From contig OZ024745.1 in assembly GCA_964016885.1 (NCBI GenBank), forward strand, positions 104,346,001-104,410,000: DNA of 64,000 nt. Reading direction: 5' to 3'. Numbering within the stretch: the stretch's first letter is position 1; each line of letters begins with the position of its first letter. Shown here one piece after another: positions 14,261 through 27,177 of this stretch. The position numbers were made by a program, and so were the translations under genes. The notes beneath the pieces were generated by a model that saw only the letters and a list, made by a program, of their open reading frames with translations, was not told the DNA's origin and did not search any database. The stretch comes from Eledone cirrhosa. Lineage: Eukaryota.

Positions 14261-17200
14261 GGTTTCTTTATTGGCCACAAGGGCTGACACGAAGAAAAAC
14301 ATTAGAGATGGCACAGAACAGTACAGGACGATAGAAAGTGGGTTTTGGTCGTGTAAACAGGTTATAACAAAATAGGGCTAGTAATAAAAAAAAATTCAAA
14401 CAACAAAAATTCCCCAAAAAGGAGGAAACCTCCGAGGGTCACTCGTGGCGAAAACCACACAAAAATGCCACGGCCACCCTGACCACCAGGGCAAGCGCTC
14501 TCTCTCAGTTTTCCCACTCCTTAGTCTACAGGTGCATACTCAGAGCGGGCCCGTTCACTCGGACCAGACTCGCCACTTTCACCCACCTTTCAACAAACTT
14601 ACTAGAAGACAGCACTTGCCTCTCGACCCTGATTTTCCTCTTCAAGTGAAACTTGAAAAAGTTAATCAGGGATTGGCCGAAGAGGAAAGTGTCCGTCTTC
14701 AACCCTTTCAACCTTGTCCACCACACAATCTCTTTCGCCATGGCCACCGGGCAGATGAAAACTGCCTGCCCTTCCCCCTCTTTAAAGGAGGATGGCGGGG
14801 CTATCTGCACAATGGACTCAGTCGATAACCGGATCCGTCCTACACGCGACAGCAGCTGTTCAGCATAGCTCCACAATTCAGCAATCCTCGGGCACTGAAC
14901 GAGTGCGTGCAGGACAGGACGGTTTCGTCGCCCTGCGCGCATCTCGGACAGGCTCGGCTGACAGCACCTCCGTGCCTGTAGAGCTTATCCCGAACCGGCA
15001 ACGCTCCCCAGTAGCACTGCCAGGCCAGGGATTTCTGGAAGTTGTCCATAGGCCCCGGTCTGAAAGTTCTCTTGAAGAGAGCGAACAGCTGATCGTCTTC
15101 GACGTCCAGGGTCTCTCTGAGAACGTCGTCGCTCTTTCCCTCCACTAGCCCTCTATAGAACGCCGAGGTGGATGATCCACCGATACTAGTGCCCAGCTGG
15201 TAGAGGGCGGTGAGCGCTTGGAGACATTCCAGCTTCCAAGCGCTATCCCTCGGTATTTTCCTGATCCAGGACTGCAGCTGCGTCAAGGAGACGAGTTGGG
15301 GAAAAGCGCGTCTGGCAAACGGCAACCACACCTGTTCACCGTCAAGGAAGCACCAGAGATGTCGCAGCCTCAGCGCATGTTTACGCATCATCACCCACGG
15401 CATGTTTAGTCCTCCGCGCAATGGGTGTTGAAAATACATGGATCGTCTGACCAGGGGGGGGGGGGCACGTCCCTTCCACAAAAAGCGGAAGAGAAGGCGC
15501 TCTATTTTGGTCGGAGTTGGGCGGGGGAAAGGTACGACGGTCAGGTGGTAGCAGATGATGGACGCGATGTACGCATTCACCACCTCCGCCCGACCTTTCA
15601 GAGACAGCCTCCTCTCGGCCCATTTCTGGGTGAGAGAAGCCACCCTGCTAGTCACCCCGCTCCAGTTTTTCTCCTTCTGGAGGTCCGGACCGAACCAGAC
15701 CCGGAGCAATTTAACCGGTCCTTCCGTCCAGTGTCCCACGACGCTGTTGGACGGCATGGACTTGCCTCTCCAGGTGCTGAGTTGCAAGCCCACCGACTTT
15801 TCCTGGTTTATCTTTGCTCCTGTTACCGCTTTGTATTCCTTGAGAGCGGTGCCGAACATCTGGACGTGTTTGGTGCTCGACATCACCACGGTGGCGTCAT
15901 CGGCGTAAGCTGACACGGATATCCCGCATCCCAGTTCGCGTGGGACCTCCCTCATTGCCTCCAGTGCAGTAATGGCTCGAGGGCCAGTACGTACAAGAGG
16001 GATGAGAGGGGACAACAGTGGCGGACCGAGCGCATGATGCTGAACGGCTGCGACAGGTGACCATTCACCCTCACAATCGAGCAGATGTCGCTGTACATCG
16101 TAGCGATCCAGCCCCTCAAAACGGGCCCGAAGCCGGCAGCTTCGAGGACCACAGCCATGTACCGATGGTCAACCCTTTCAAATGCTTTGGATTGATCCAA
16201 GTTGATCAGGGCCCCACCCGTGCCAGGTTCCTTAACCACCCTCTCTATGATGTATTGGAGGTTGTCGTGAATGGATCTGTCCGAAATGGCGCATGCCTGC
16301 GCCTCTCCCCCCAAATCACGGACGACAAGCGGCAATCTCTTTGCTAACACCTTGGCCAAAATCTTGAACTCTGCGTTTAGCAGAGTTATGGGCCTGAAGT
16401 TGTTTATAACGTCCCTCTTGTTCGGGTTTTTTCTCAGCAGCGCCACCGCTCCCCTACTCACAAAACTAGGAATGCTTCCTTTCTGCTGCCAGTTGAAGTA
16501 GACATTCTGCCAAGAGGTCGCCGAACAAGTGTGGCATATACGCATAAAGCTCGTAGAGCAGACCATCAAAACCTGGCGATTTACACCTCGTGCAGTCAGA
16601 CATCGATTCCCGTATTTCACCTGCTGTTATCGGCTTTTCGCAGCACTTCGCTTCGGTCGTCGAGAGCCACGGTAGTCCGTCGAGGTATGCACCGAAGTCC
16701 ATACTCCGATCCGGCCCGCCGCCGCTCCCGAACAAGTGAGCAAAGTGCTGTTGAAAATCCGCACACATCTGCTCGGGTTTGAGCAGCATGCGCACGTTTT
16801 GATCAGATAAAGACCGAATTGTGGATTTGTTACCACGTCGCGCCTCCACCACCCGGGCCCATTGAACGGCTTTCGTCCCCTCGTGTCTCAGAGCACGCGC
16901 TCTAGCTCTGACAACGCATCCTTCATGCTTTGCGTTGAAGAATTGGTCGAGTGCCAACCTCGCCGCAAGCACGTCGGTTGCGATGCCTATCCTAAACGCC
17001 TCTTCTAGCTTTCTAACTAGCTCTCCCTCTACTCTATTTTCCTAAATCACTACTCCTTTGCTAAACCTTATCAATTCTATTCTAATAGCCCTTTTTAGGG
17101 TAAGCCACTACCTGTTGTTGACGATTGCACCCGTCAACGCACGCTTAATTAATTCGCTAATCCGGTCTCTGTAAGCTTTGCGCGCCGGGAACGACGCGTT

Positions 17201-20200
17201 CAGCTTCCAGTAACCGGGCCCTTGCCTATGGAGTCTAAGTCAACTTCACAGATCACAAATTTGTGGTCCGTATAGTCGACTACTTTAAATTGTGAACAAC
17301 CTACACTAGCCTTCTCTGTTTCCCTACAGAATACTCTATCTAAGTACGATCTGGATGACCCGATGCAGTTTGCCAATGGCCACATTGGCACATTCGGATA
17401 ATCCATTCTATACCTGTCAGACAGTTCAAAACATCTGAGCAGGTTGTTAAGGCTTTCACACCCTCCTCCTCCTCTGTCTACTAACCCCACATAATTCCAG
17501 CGTGCATCTAAGATACCGGTCCAGTCACCCACTAACACTAAAGAGTGGGACGTTCCAAGAAAGGTCTCTAGACGTCTGAAGAAATCTGGCCGTCCTGCTC
17601 CTGTTGGGGCGTAGACGGCTACTAGCCTGAAAGCATTTCCTTCGCTGCCGGTCACGTCTAGCACTACCGACTTACCTTCTGGGTCCAGGAAGATGGCTCG
17701 TATGGCGAGATCCAAGCTTCTCCGAAAAAGCACAGCAACTCCTCCCCTTGATCCCGGACGACTGGGAGATGCGTATACATCGTAGCCGCCGAAGATCGGT
17801 GCAAAGGCTCGTGCTTCGGAAATTCTGGTCTCGCTGATGGCCACCACATCTATGTTTAGTGACCTGAGGTCGTTGAACAGATGACCCTGCTTCCAAGATG
17901 ACTCCAGGCCACGTACATTTATACTGCCTATTCTAAGTATGGCCATGCTAGATGAGGAAACGGGTTAAGTGAGAAAGGAACACTGACCTTGATCCTGTGG
18001 GGAAGGGACAGTAGAACCGTCCGTTCGGCTGGTCATGGGAGTTTCCAAGATGATATCTGTATATATTCTTTTGGAGAGTGACCCCCTGAAATCCCCAACG
18101 CAGTTGGGGAATTTTTGTTTTAATTGTTTCAAGTCTTCCAGTTTAATTTCGACAATTATAATGTTTTGGGGTAATATTCTTGGTGTTGGTGGGGTGTGTG
18201 GTAATTTAAGTCTGTAATGTCTGTGTGTTGTTATGTTCCATTGTCTATATGTTCCATTAATCCTTTGTGTGTGATATTTATGGCTGTGTACGTTTTGCGC
18301 GGGGTCGTGTTGATTTTGTTGCTATTTTCTTGTTGTTGCTGTTGGGTGTGTTTGCGATGTTGGTGTTTTTGGTGATGTTGGTGGTGGTGCGGTTGTTGTT
18401 GGTGGTGATGCTTGTGGTGGTGATGGTGATGGTGGTGGTGTTGCTGCAAGTCTCCTTGCAGCCTTTACTCCTCTTTCTTTGTCTTCGCTTTTGGAGAGAG
18501 AAGCTGTGGTTGTTTTTCCGTTTTTTTGTTTGTTTTTTTTTTTGTTTTTTTTTTTGTTGACAATCGTTTTCCACTCCTCAGCCGCTTCATACTCCATGTC
18601 CGACTATGAGAGGTCGGGGAGGGGTATGAATTCTACCCTCTCATTTGTCTTTGTTGGTGGTGGTGGTGGTGGTGGTGGTGGAGCCTGGTCTGCTGTTCTT
18701 GGCACAGATGCAGCTAGTGCAACTGTTTCTGTTGCTGCAGTTGCCGCCGCTGTTTTTGTTGTCCGTGGCTTTGGTGTGGGTGCCACGGACGTTGTCTTCC
18801 TACTCTCTGTAGAAGCTCCCCACTTTTTCGCTGACTGCTCTGTTTCTGATGACAGCGGTTCCGGCGTTGGAAGGAGGGGGACCTTGGGCTTTGTTATTTT
18901 CTGTGGGCAGAAGCCCCTGAGGTGAGACTTCGATCCACAGTTGAAGCACTTTGAGCGCCTTCCTTCCACAGATATGGGAAGTTGGGAGCCATTGCCGAGG
19001 TCTATTACGTCGGGAATAGCGCTGATGCAGTCCTGGTCGGTTTGGATGAGCATCTCCATTCCAATACCGGGCCAGTCCTCTCTCCCCAACTTCTGTACCG
19101 GCAGAATGGTTATTCTATTCTCGTTGCCCGCAAGAACAGACACGACAAGCCAAGGCACGGGTACGTAGGGCGGGACCTGGGTTACCCTGACCTTTGCAAT
19201 TTTTTTCCCACAGTAAAACGGGACTAACGTTATGTCATCACTTCGTAGGGTCCTCTGTGAATGCGATTTTACTTCCTGGGTGGTAGCAAAAAGGACGTCC
19301 ACAGTAGCATATTTCAATGTAGGTTTTGCGTGCCCACACAGTTCCCAAGGCCTTCTGGATTTGGGCCTCCGAGGCTCCTTCTACACGACGCAATTTCGTG
19401 GCAATCGTGCGGTACGACACTGTGCGTCGCTCTTGTTCCTCCAGGAAGTCGATTGGTGGTTTCAAGGACACTGAAAATTCAGTTCTGGTTACCATGTGTC
19501 TTGCGACCGCCATCTCCTCCTCTGTGACCAGGACAGTTTCTACGTTGCGAGCCACCTTTGCAAAAGAGATGGTCTCTTTTTCAGTGGTATCATTGTTGCC
19601 GCCGCTACTGCTGCTACTCGTCTTGTTGTTGGTGCTGTTGCTGTTGCTACTGCTACAAATGGTGTTGTTGGTATTGTTGCTGTTATCACTGTTGCAGTTG
19701 GTTGTGTCTTTGGTGCCGCCGTTGTTGTTGTTCTCGCTGCAATTTGTATTGTTGCTGTTGGTGTTGTCGCTATTTGTTGTCATGTTAGTGGTGTTAATAT
19801 TGTTGTTGCATTTGTTGTCATTTTTTCTGTTGTCTATGTTTTGGTTGTTGTTGTTACTGTTGTGGTTGGTGAGGTCATTTTTTTCAAAATTAGTGTTCTC
19901 AGTGTTGTCATTGCTGTTTTTGTTCACGTTGTTTGTGGTGGTGTTTGTAGTATCAATTTCTGAGTTCGCCGTAACCCTCCTCTCAACCTTTACGTCGGTG
20001 TCACACGACAGCAGACATATCGCTGGGGGGCGTGGCTCAGCCATGTTTTTTTTCTCGATAATTTGTAAATGTAAAAGTTCAAATATTTGGGCCAAAAGGC
20101 CCAAATATTATACTTTCCCCTTCACAGGGCAAAGTCCAAGGGCTTATATCCCTTACACAACAACAAAAATCTAACAATAAATAATTTGACAGGTAAATAA

Positions 20201-20241
20201 AGAGACTTACGAGAACGAGTAAAAAGACGTCCGATCAGACC
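14261..20241 (-). mobile_element. Tx1-like LINE copy 3, near full length, frameshifted
   Basis: ORF1 has the CFNCGSKSHLRGFC knuckle. ORF2 starts MAILRIGSINVRGL at 17946 and contains RT YADD and the C-terminal zinc finger. Confidence 0.92.
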
Positions 20242-20272
<31 letters not shown>

Positions 20273-20280
20273 GTAATAAT

Positions 20281-22206
20281 GCTTTCTTTATTAACTACAA
20301 GGGTTGACATAAAGTATAACATTAAGAAGAGCACAGGACAATACAGGACGGTACAAATGGGCATTTCTGCGTGTAAAAAACCCCCAAAACATAGGATGTA
20401 ACAAAAAAAAGAAACAAGGAAACATTCCCCTATAGTGGGGAGACTTCCGAGGGACATTCGTGGAGAAAGCCCGTTAAAAAAGCCACGGTGACCCTCTCCC
20501 AGTTTTCCACCTTCAAATTACAGGCGCATACTCAGAGTAGGCCCATTTACTCAGGCCATGCTTGCCTCTCTCACTCATCTTTCAACAATATTACTCAGGG
20601 CATCACCGAAGAGGTAAGTGCTCATCTTCAGCCCTTTCAAACGCGTCCACCACACTATCTCTTTCGTCATGGCCACCAGACAGATAAAAACTGCCTGCGC
20701 TTCCCGGCTAAAGGGAGACGGCGGGAGCATCCTCACGATGGACTCAGCTGATAGCCGGATCTGTCTTACACGCGACAGCAGGTGTTCGACATAAACTCAC
20801 AAGTCAGCAATGCTCGGACACTGGGCGAGTGCGTGCAGGACGGTTTCGTCGCCCTGTGCGCATCTCGGACATGCCCGGCTGACGGCACCTCCATGCCTGT
20901 AGAATTTATCCCGAACTGGCAAAGCTCCTCGGTAGCACTGCCAGGCCAGGGATTTCTGGAAGTTCTCCCGAAGAGATTGGCTAGTTGTTTTTCGACGATG
21001 CCTAGAGTCTCCTGAAGTACGTCGTCGTTCTTCCCCTCCACTAATCCTCTATAGAACGACAAGGTGGAGTTTCTACCGATCGCATTGCCCGACTGGTCGA
21101 GAGCTGTGAGTGCCTGAAGACATTCCAGTCTCCAAGCGCTCCCTCTCAGTCTTTGCTTGACTCAGGACTGCAGCTCCGCCAAGGACGCGAGCTGGGGAAA
21201 CACGCGTCTAACAAACGGTGACCACACCTGATCACCGTCGAGATAGAGGTGGAGATGTCGTAGCATGAGCGCGTGTCTGCGCGTCATCAGCCACTGCATG
21301 CCCAGCCCTCCACGTAGCGTGTGTTGACAGCAGAGGACCGCCTGACCATCGGAGCGCGTCCCTTCCACAAACGCTCTAGCGCAGTCAGGCGAGGCTTAGG
21401 ACAAGGCACGACGGTCAGGTGGTAGTAGATGTCGCTGTGCATAGCAGCAATACAGCCTCTGAGGACAGGCCCAAAGCCAGCCGCCCTCAGGACTGCCGCC
21501 AGATAACGATGGTCGACCCTATCGAAAGCTTTCGACTGATCTAAATTGATCAAGGACCCATCCATGCCAGGTTCCCTAGCTACCCTCTCCACGATGTATC
21601 GCATGAGGTGGAGGTTGTCGTGGATGGATCTGTCTGGAATGGCACATGTCTGCGCCTCTCCCACCAGACCACCGACGACAAGCGCCAACCTCTTTGCTAG
21701 CACCTTAACCAAAATCTTGAACTCTGTGTTTAGCAGAGTTATGGGCCTGAAATTATATATGTTATCCCCCTTGTTCGGATCCTTTCTCAGCAGCGCCACC
21801 GCTCCTCAGCTCACAGAGCTGGATATTTCTCCCGTTCTGCTGCCAGTTGCAGTAGACGTCCGCCAAGAGGTCTCCGAAAAAGTCTGGCATATGTACGTAA
21901 TGTTCGTAGGGCAAATCATCCAAACCAGGCGATTTACCCATTGTGCAGCCAGTAAATGCCTCCGGTACTTCAAGAGCTGTTATCGGCTTTTCGCAACACT
22001 CCTCCTCAGTGGCCGTGATCGTGGCAGTCCGTCGAGCTAGGCACTAAAGTCCATCCCGCGATCCGTGCCACCGCTGCCCCCGAACAACTGAGCAAAGTAT
22101 CGCAGAAAAGCCGCACACATCTGCCCGGAATCGAGTAGCATGCTCCCATCGTAATCCGCCAAAGATAGGATCGTGGCTTTGTTGCCACGATGCGCCTCCG
22201 CCACCC
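20281..22206 (-). mobile_element. Tx1-like LINE copy 4, 5'-truncated with internal deletions
   Basis: RT fragments (FRPITLLNTEFKIL, LDQSKAFDRVDH). 3' UTR is very similar to that of copy 2. Confidence 0.88.
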
Positions 22207-22352
22207 GTGTGTGTGTGTGTGTGTTAACAAGAAAGAAAAAAAGTACTCGATATTTGTTTCCATTCAATTACGTAATGCATTGCAATTGAAATACGACTGA
22301 TTATATGAACGAACTGAATGAATAGAATGTAAAATAAATTGACATAGTTTAC

Positions 22353-22481
22353 CTTTCAAATAACCTTTATTGAATCTGTTCTCATCACAAGTTAAATCTT
22401 TTGTGTCATCATTTCCAACATATAACATTTTACATGTACCCAATTTCATGGACAAAATTGAATTTTTGTATCGCCATATTG
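22353..22481 (-). CDS. Probable host exon (phase 1-1) upstream of the discoidin-like exon
   Basis: Acceptor tttttcttcag, donor ag/gtaaac. 129 bp open frame IWRYKNSILSMKLGTCKMLYVGNDDTKDLTCDENRFNKGYLK, which joins 2502-2731 in frame. Confidence 0.5.
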
Positions 22482-23026
22482 CTGAAGAAAAACATGAAAT
22501 TTTTATATATATCTCATATATATGGAGTTTAACGAAGCTAATCGTGTATCATACGCATAGCTCCGGCCGTTATCTACTCACTCAATGATGTTACAAGAAT
22601 TGTATGTTTTATATTCGAACTTATAATTCGGAGTGGACACTTTGCGTTAATTAGTAAATAAAACGGCTTCGTGCGGGTATGATGCACTCACCCGGAGTAT
22701 ACAATTTCTACGTTACGTTCTCTATGCAACAGTTGCATCAACAAGTGCTACTCACAGAAGTCATGCAATACTTCCAAATATTACATAACCGGTGTAGCGC
22801 AATGCTTAATGAGCGGGTGTTCAGTCCAAAACCAAACTGGAGATTTATCCGAGCTACCGTTACAGTCGAACTGGCATATCGTAATGATAATGGTTTCTGA
22901 TTTAAGCACACTTTTAGCGATGGTAAAGTCGATTAAATCGATCTCAGTACGTTACTGGTACTTTATTTTATCGATTCCGTAAGGATGAAAGGCAAAGCTA
23001 ACATCGGCGAGATTTGAACTCTGAAC

Positions 23027-24662
23027 TTATCAGCTGAGTCCATCGTGAAGATTGCCGCACAGCCTTCCTTTAGCTGGGAAGAGCAGGCAGTTTTTATCTG
23101 CCCGGTGGCCATGGCGAAAGATGTCATGTGGTGGACACGTTTGAAAGAGTTGAAGACAAGTACTTTCCTTTTCAGGTTTCACTTGAAGAGGAAGATCAAG
23201 AGGGAGAGTGAAGTGCTGCCTTCCAACCAGTGTTTTTGAAAGTGCGTCCGAGAGACAAGCATGGACAGAGTGAATGGGCCTGCTCTGAGTATACGCCTGT
23301 AGATTGGAGGAGGAAAACTAGGCGAGGGCAGTTGCCCTAGCGATCAGGGTCACAGTGGAATTTTGTGGGATTTATCCTTGTGTGATACTTAGATGTCCCC
23401 TTATTGGCGAATTTATTTTTGTTTGAATTTTTACATGTTTTTCTTGTTTTTGTTAAACGCTTTTACACACCAAAACTCACAGAGTACCGTCCTGTAGAGT
23501 CCTGTACCATCATGTGGAGTACTGTACCGCCATGTAGAGTCTGCACCGTCATGTAGAGTACTGTACCATCATGTAGAGTACTGTACCGTCTTGTAGAGTC
23601 ATGTACCGTCATGTAGAGTCCTGTACCATCCTGTAGAGTACTGTATCGTCATGTAGAGTACTGTACCGTCATGTAGAGTCCTGTACCGTTCTGTAGAGTC
23701 CTGTACCATCCTGTAGAGTACTGTACCATCCTGTAGAGATCTATAGAGTCTTGTAGAGTACTGTACCGTCCTGTAGAACCATGTACCGTCCTGTAGAGTC
23801 CTGTACCATACTGTAGAGTACTGTACCGTCCTGTAGAATCCTGTACCGTCCTGTAGAGTCCTGTACCGTCATGTAGAGTACTGTACCATCATGTAGAATC
23901 CTGTACCATCATGTAGAGTACTGTACCGTCATGTAGAGTCATGCACCGTCCTGTAGAGATCTATAGAGTCTTGTAGAGTACTGTACCGTCCTGTAGAATC
24001 ATGTACCGTCCTGTAGAGTCCTGTACCGTCATGTAGAGTACTGTACCATCCTGTAGAATCCTGTACCATCATGTAGAGTACTGTACCGTCATGTAGAGTA
24101 CTGCACTGTCTTGTAGAGATCTATAGAGTCTTGTAGAGTACTGTACCGTCCTGTAGAATCCTGTACCATCATGTAGAGTACTGTTCCGTCATGTAGAGTC
24201 CTGCACCGTCCTGTAGAGATCTATAGAGTCTTGTAGAGTACTGTACAGTCCTGTAGAATCCTGTACCATCCTGTAGAGTACTGTACCATCCTGTAGAGTC
24301 ATGTACCGTCTTGTAGAGTCATGTACCATCTTGTAGGTTCCTGTACCATCCTGTAGAGTACTGTACCGTCCTGTATAGTACTGTACCGTCATGTACAGTA
24401 CTGTACCGTCTTGTAGAGTCCTGTACCGTCCTGTACAGTACTGTACCGTCATATACCGTCCTGTAGAGTCCTGTACCATCCCGTAGAGTATTGAACCGTC
24501 CTGTAGAGTCCTGTGCCGTCCTGTAAAGTACTGAACCGTCCTGTAGAGTCTTCTACCGTCCTGTAGAATCATGTACCGTCATGTAGAGTTCAGTACCGTC
24601 CTGTACCACTCTTAATTTGTTCTTAATGTGAGTAGTGCATGACCAATAAAGAAATCATTATT
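23027..24662 (+). mobile_element. Tx1-like 3' fragment (opposite orientation) with a minisatellite-expanded 3' UTR
   Basis: Encodes KIAAQPSFSWEEQAVFICPVAMAKDVMWWTRLK. Ends ccaataaagaaatcattatt like the other copies. Confidence 0.85.
23484..24607. repeat. Minisatellite, 10/20 bp unit (ctgtaccgtc ctgtagagtc)
   Basis: About 1.1 kb of alternating decamers with variants, including recurrent gagatctatagagtc blocks. Confidence 0.95.
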
Positions 24663-24859
24663 ACTGAAGCGCCATAGAGTTACGACCCTTTATGATCTGA
24701 TTTCAAATCCCACCGAGGTTAACTTTGCCTTTCATCCTTACGGGTCGATAAAATAAAGTACCAGTCACGCACTGGGGTCGATTCAATAAATTTCTGGCCT
24801 TGTGCCTATATAAGAAACCATTATTACTGGAGCTACAGAATATAAGTCAATCAGCCTAC

Positions 24860-24917
24860 CTGAACCAAAGATTAACTTTCTTGGAGAAAGAACGCAGTTA
24901 CTCAATATGTAAAGCAT
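24860..24917 (-). CDS. Candidate first coding exon of the discoidin-like gene
   Basis: ATG follows an in-frame stop and gives MLYILSNCVLSPRKLIFGS. Donor cag/gtaggc is phase 1 and compatible with 22353-22481. Strong acceptor at 24988. Confidence 0.3.
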
Positions 24918-26063
24918 TCTTACGGTTCAAAAGCTGAACGATTGCACAAGGGACGATGAGAATTTCTTTTTCTATGCGGGAAGGATACTGATAAAAAATA
25001 AAATCGAAATTGAGAAAAAGAAATATCCATCCATACATACATGTGAGTGTTGGAAGGGTGTTCATTAATAGCACGTGTTTATTAATATGTAAATTAAAAA
25101 ACACAGACCCTAACAAAATACTGTTATATTCTTAACTTCAATCATTTTATTTTTTTCTTGTATAACAGTAACAATTATATATTCTTACCTTTAATTCCCA
25201 GACATAAAATTAACAGTCCAAACAATGTGAAGCCTTTCATCTATATTGTATTTATACTTCGATATGAATTAATTTCTCCGCGTGTATGTGTATGTATTCT
25301 GTGTGTAAGTGTATGCACGGTTAAATATATGCCTCGTTTTGCTTTCAACCAAATCACAATACCTTGACTGGGAGAGATGGATATGTGTTTGAATTTGTAG
25401 CATTTAAAAATACAAACCTCTATGCATCCTATATTTATATACCTACGTGTGTGTGTGTGTGTATGTATGCATCTCTGTGTGTATGTATGTATGTATAAAC
25501 TGGTCAGCCAATCATAACCTATTTGCTTTAATAACGAACAAACTAAGTGTTTGTACAAGTGATCGATCTATATTGTTTGCATGTGTTTGTTTGATAATGC
25601 ACTTGAATTTGTTGGGAGTGTTTCTTATAGTTGTTGACGTCCAAATGATATATTACTTTGATTTTAAGTTAAACAAGTTCAAACAAGTTACAACCACCAC
25701 TTCACGGTGAAATAGAGCAGAGTCTTGTCCTCTTCATACCAATACATATAAATATCAAGTTTAAATGAGCCGAAAAGGAACGTTTTGTTGTTACGTTCGA
25801 TATTTTTAAAATTATTCCTTTTCATTGGTCTGTTGGCTTTATTTTTTGGTTGAAGTGTTAGGAACAAGAAAATAAAGAAAGGTGAAGGCGAAGAAAAAGA
25901 GACAGGGAAAAAGTTTGGAACCGTTTATTGGAATTATTTAAATAGGAAAAAATAAATAAATAAATAAACAGGTGTTAGAGTGTGTGTGTGAAATAGAAAC
26001 AAGAAAGAAGCACATATAATATGTGTGCGTGTGTGCGCGCGCATTTGTGTGTGTGTTTGTGTG

Positions 26064-26263
26064 CAGACCTGTTAACTCTCCCCGTCCGACGGGGACATCT
26101 CCCACCCACTTTGGAGTTGGTGAGTGATGTCTTCTCTTGTGAAAATGGGTATAGCTTTCACTATGTAAAATCTGCCCATTTAGCATAATTTCTCCCCATC
26201 TGGGAGCACATTTTTTTCATGGTACATTCTCGTTTGGGTTTTTAGAGGAGGTTGGCAGGTGTG
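26064..26263. mobile_element. MITE with CAGACCTGCCAAC-type TIRs
   Basis: Inverted homolog of 36268-36461 and 36955-37103. Internal ccccgtccgacgggg hairpin. Confidence 0.65.
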
Positions 26264-26984
26264 TGTGTGTGTGTGTGCGACTTTTAATGGAGTTTTCTTG
26301 TAAGCTCCTAGCAGTTTGGAACAGTAAAGTTCCTAAATCTGTAGTGAACGTTTTTAGATGTTCATTGTCTCATCGTTAGGTTGAATTAATGTTGGCGTCT
26401 ATTGCTGCTTCGTTATACAAGGCAGAACTAATGTGGTTGGTGTAAATATTACCGCCGGAATTTCATATTTGATTATTAGATTTATCCGTTAACCACAGGT
26501 TCGAGCAGATGGCAACTCGCTGAACCAGTTGGTAGAGTCCTACACGTTTTCTTGTAAGACTTATTCTCTCTGTTAGAATATTGGTTCAATGTGAAATGAA
26601 GATTTAAGTCAGTCTTAAAAATTCCAATTTTAATATAATGTAATTAAAAGGTCGCTTTCGTCTATTTTTAACAACGATTTTAAAATCTATCACTTATTCA
26701 ATACAATTGATTTGTTGTCACTAGCATTAGTTGGTACATTATTTGGCTACCGCGACGCACTTTCACATGGTAGGGAATTTTGTAAAAACATATCAAAGCC
26801 ACATTGTAGAATTAAACTAATGTATAACGCATTGTTTTACGAACGAAATAATATTCGCTTTCTTCACTAAACTTTAACAAAACTATGCTTGCAGAATATT
26901 ATATATATATATATATATATGTCCCAAGGCTCTGATACCATCAACACTATAAACACAGCGCTAGCATATCTATGAACTGACTAA

Positions 26985-27038
26985 CTGCCTGATGAGGTCA
27001 TAGCCATTCAATGGCTATCATCGAAATATATATAGCAG
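26985..27038 (+). ncRNA. Type I hammerhead ribozyme (minimal, PLE-type)
   Basis: ctgc-CTGATGA-stem II (atagcca/tggctat)-GAAA-tatata-TA-gcag. Confidence 0.8.
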
Positions 27039-27080
27039 GAAATAAAGGATTATGAGTTCATGCAATTGACTTATGTTTCG

Positions 27081-27175
<95 letters not shown>

Positions 27176-27177
27176 AA

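Noticed and set aside
3443-22040. Plus-strand ORFs over the LINE array
   Set aside because: Antisense shadows of GC-rich LINE coding sequence.
23484-24607. CRISPR-like array, or the repeat protein ORF 24189-24572
   Set aside because: No unique spacers and a eukaryotic context. It is a simple minisatellite.
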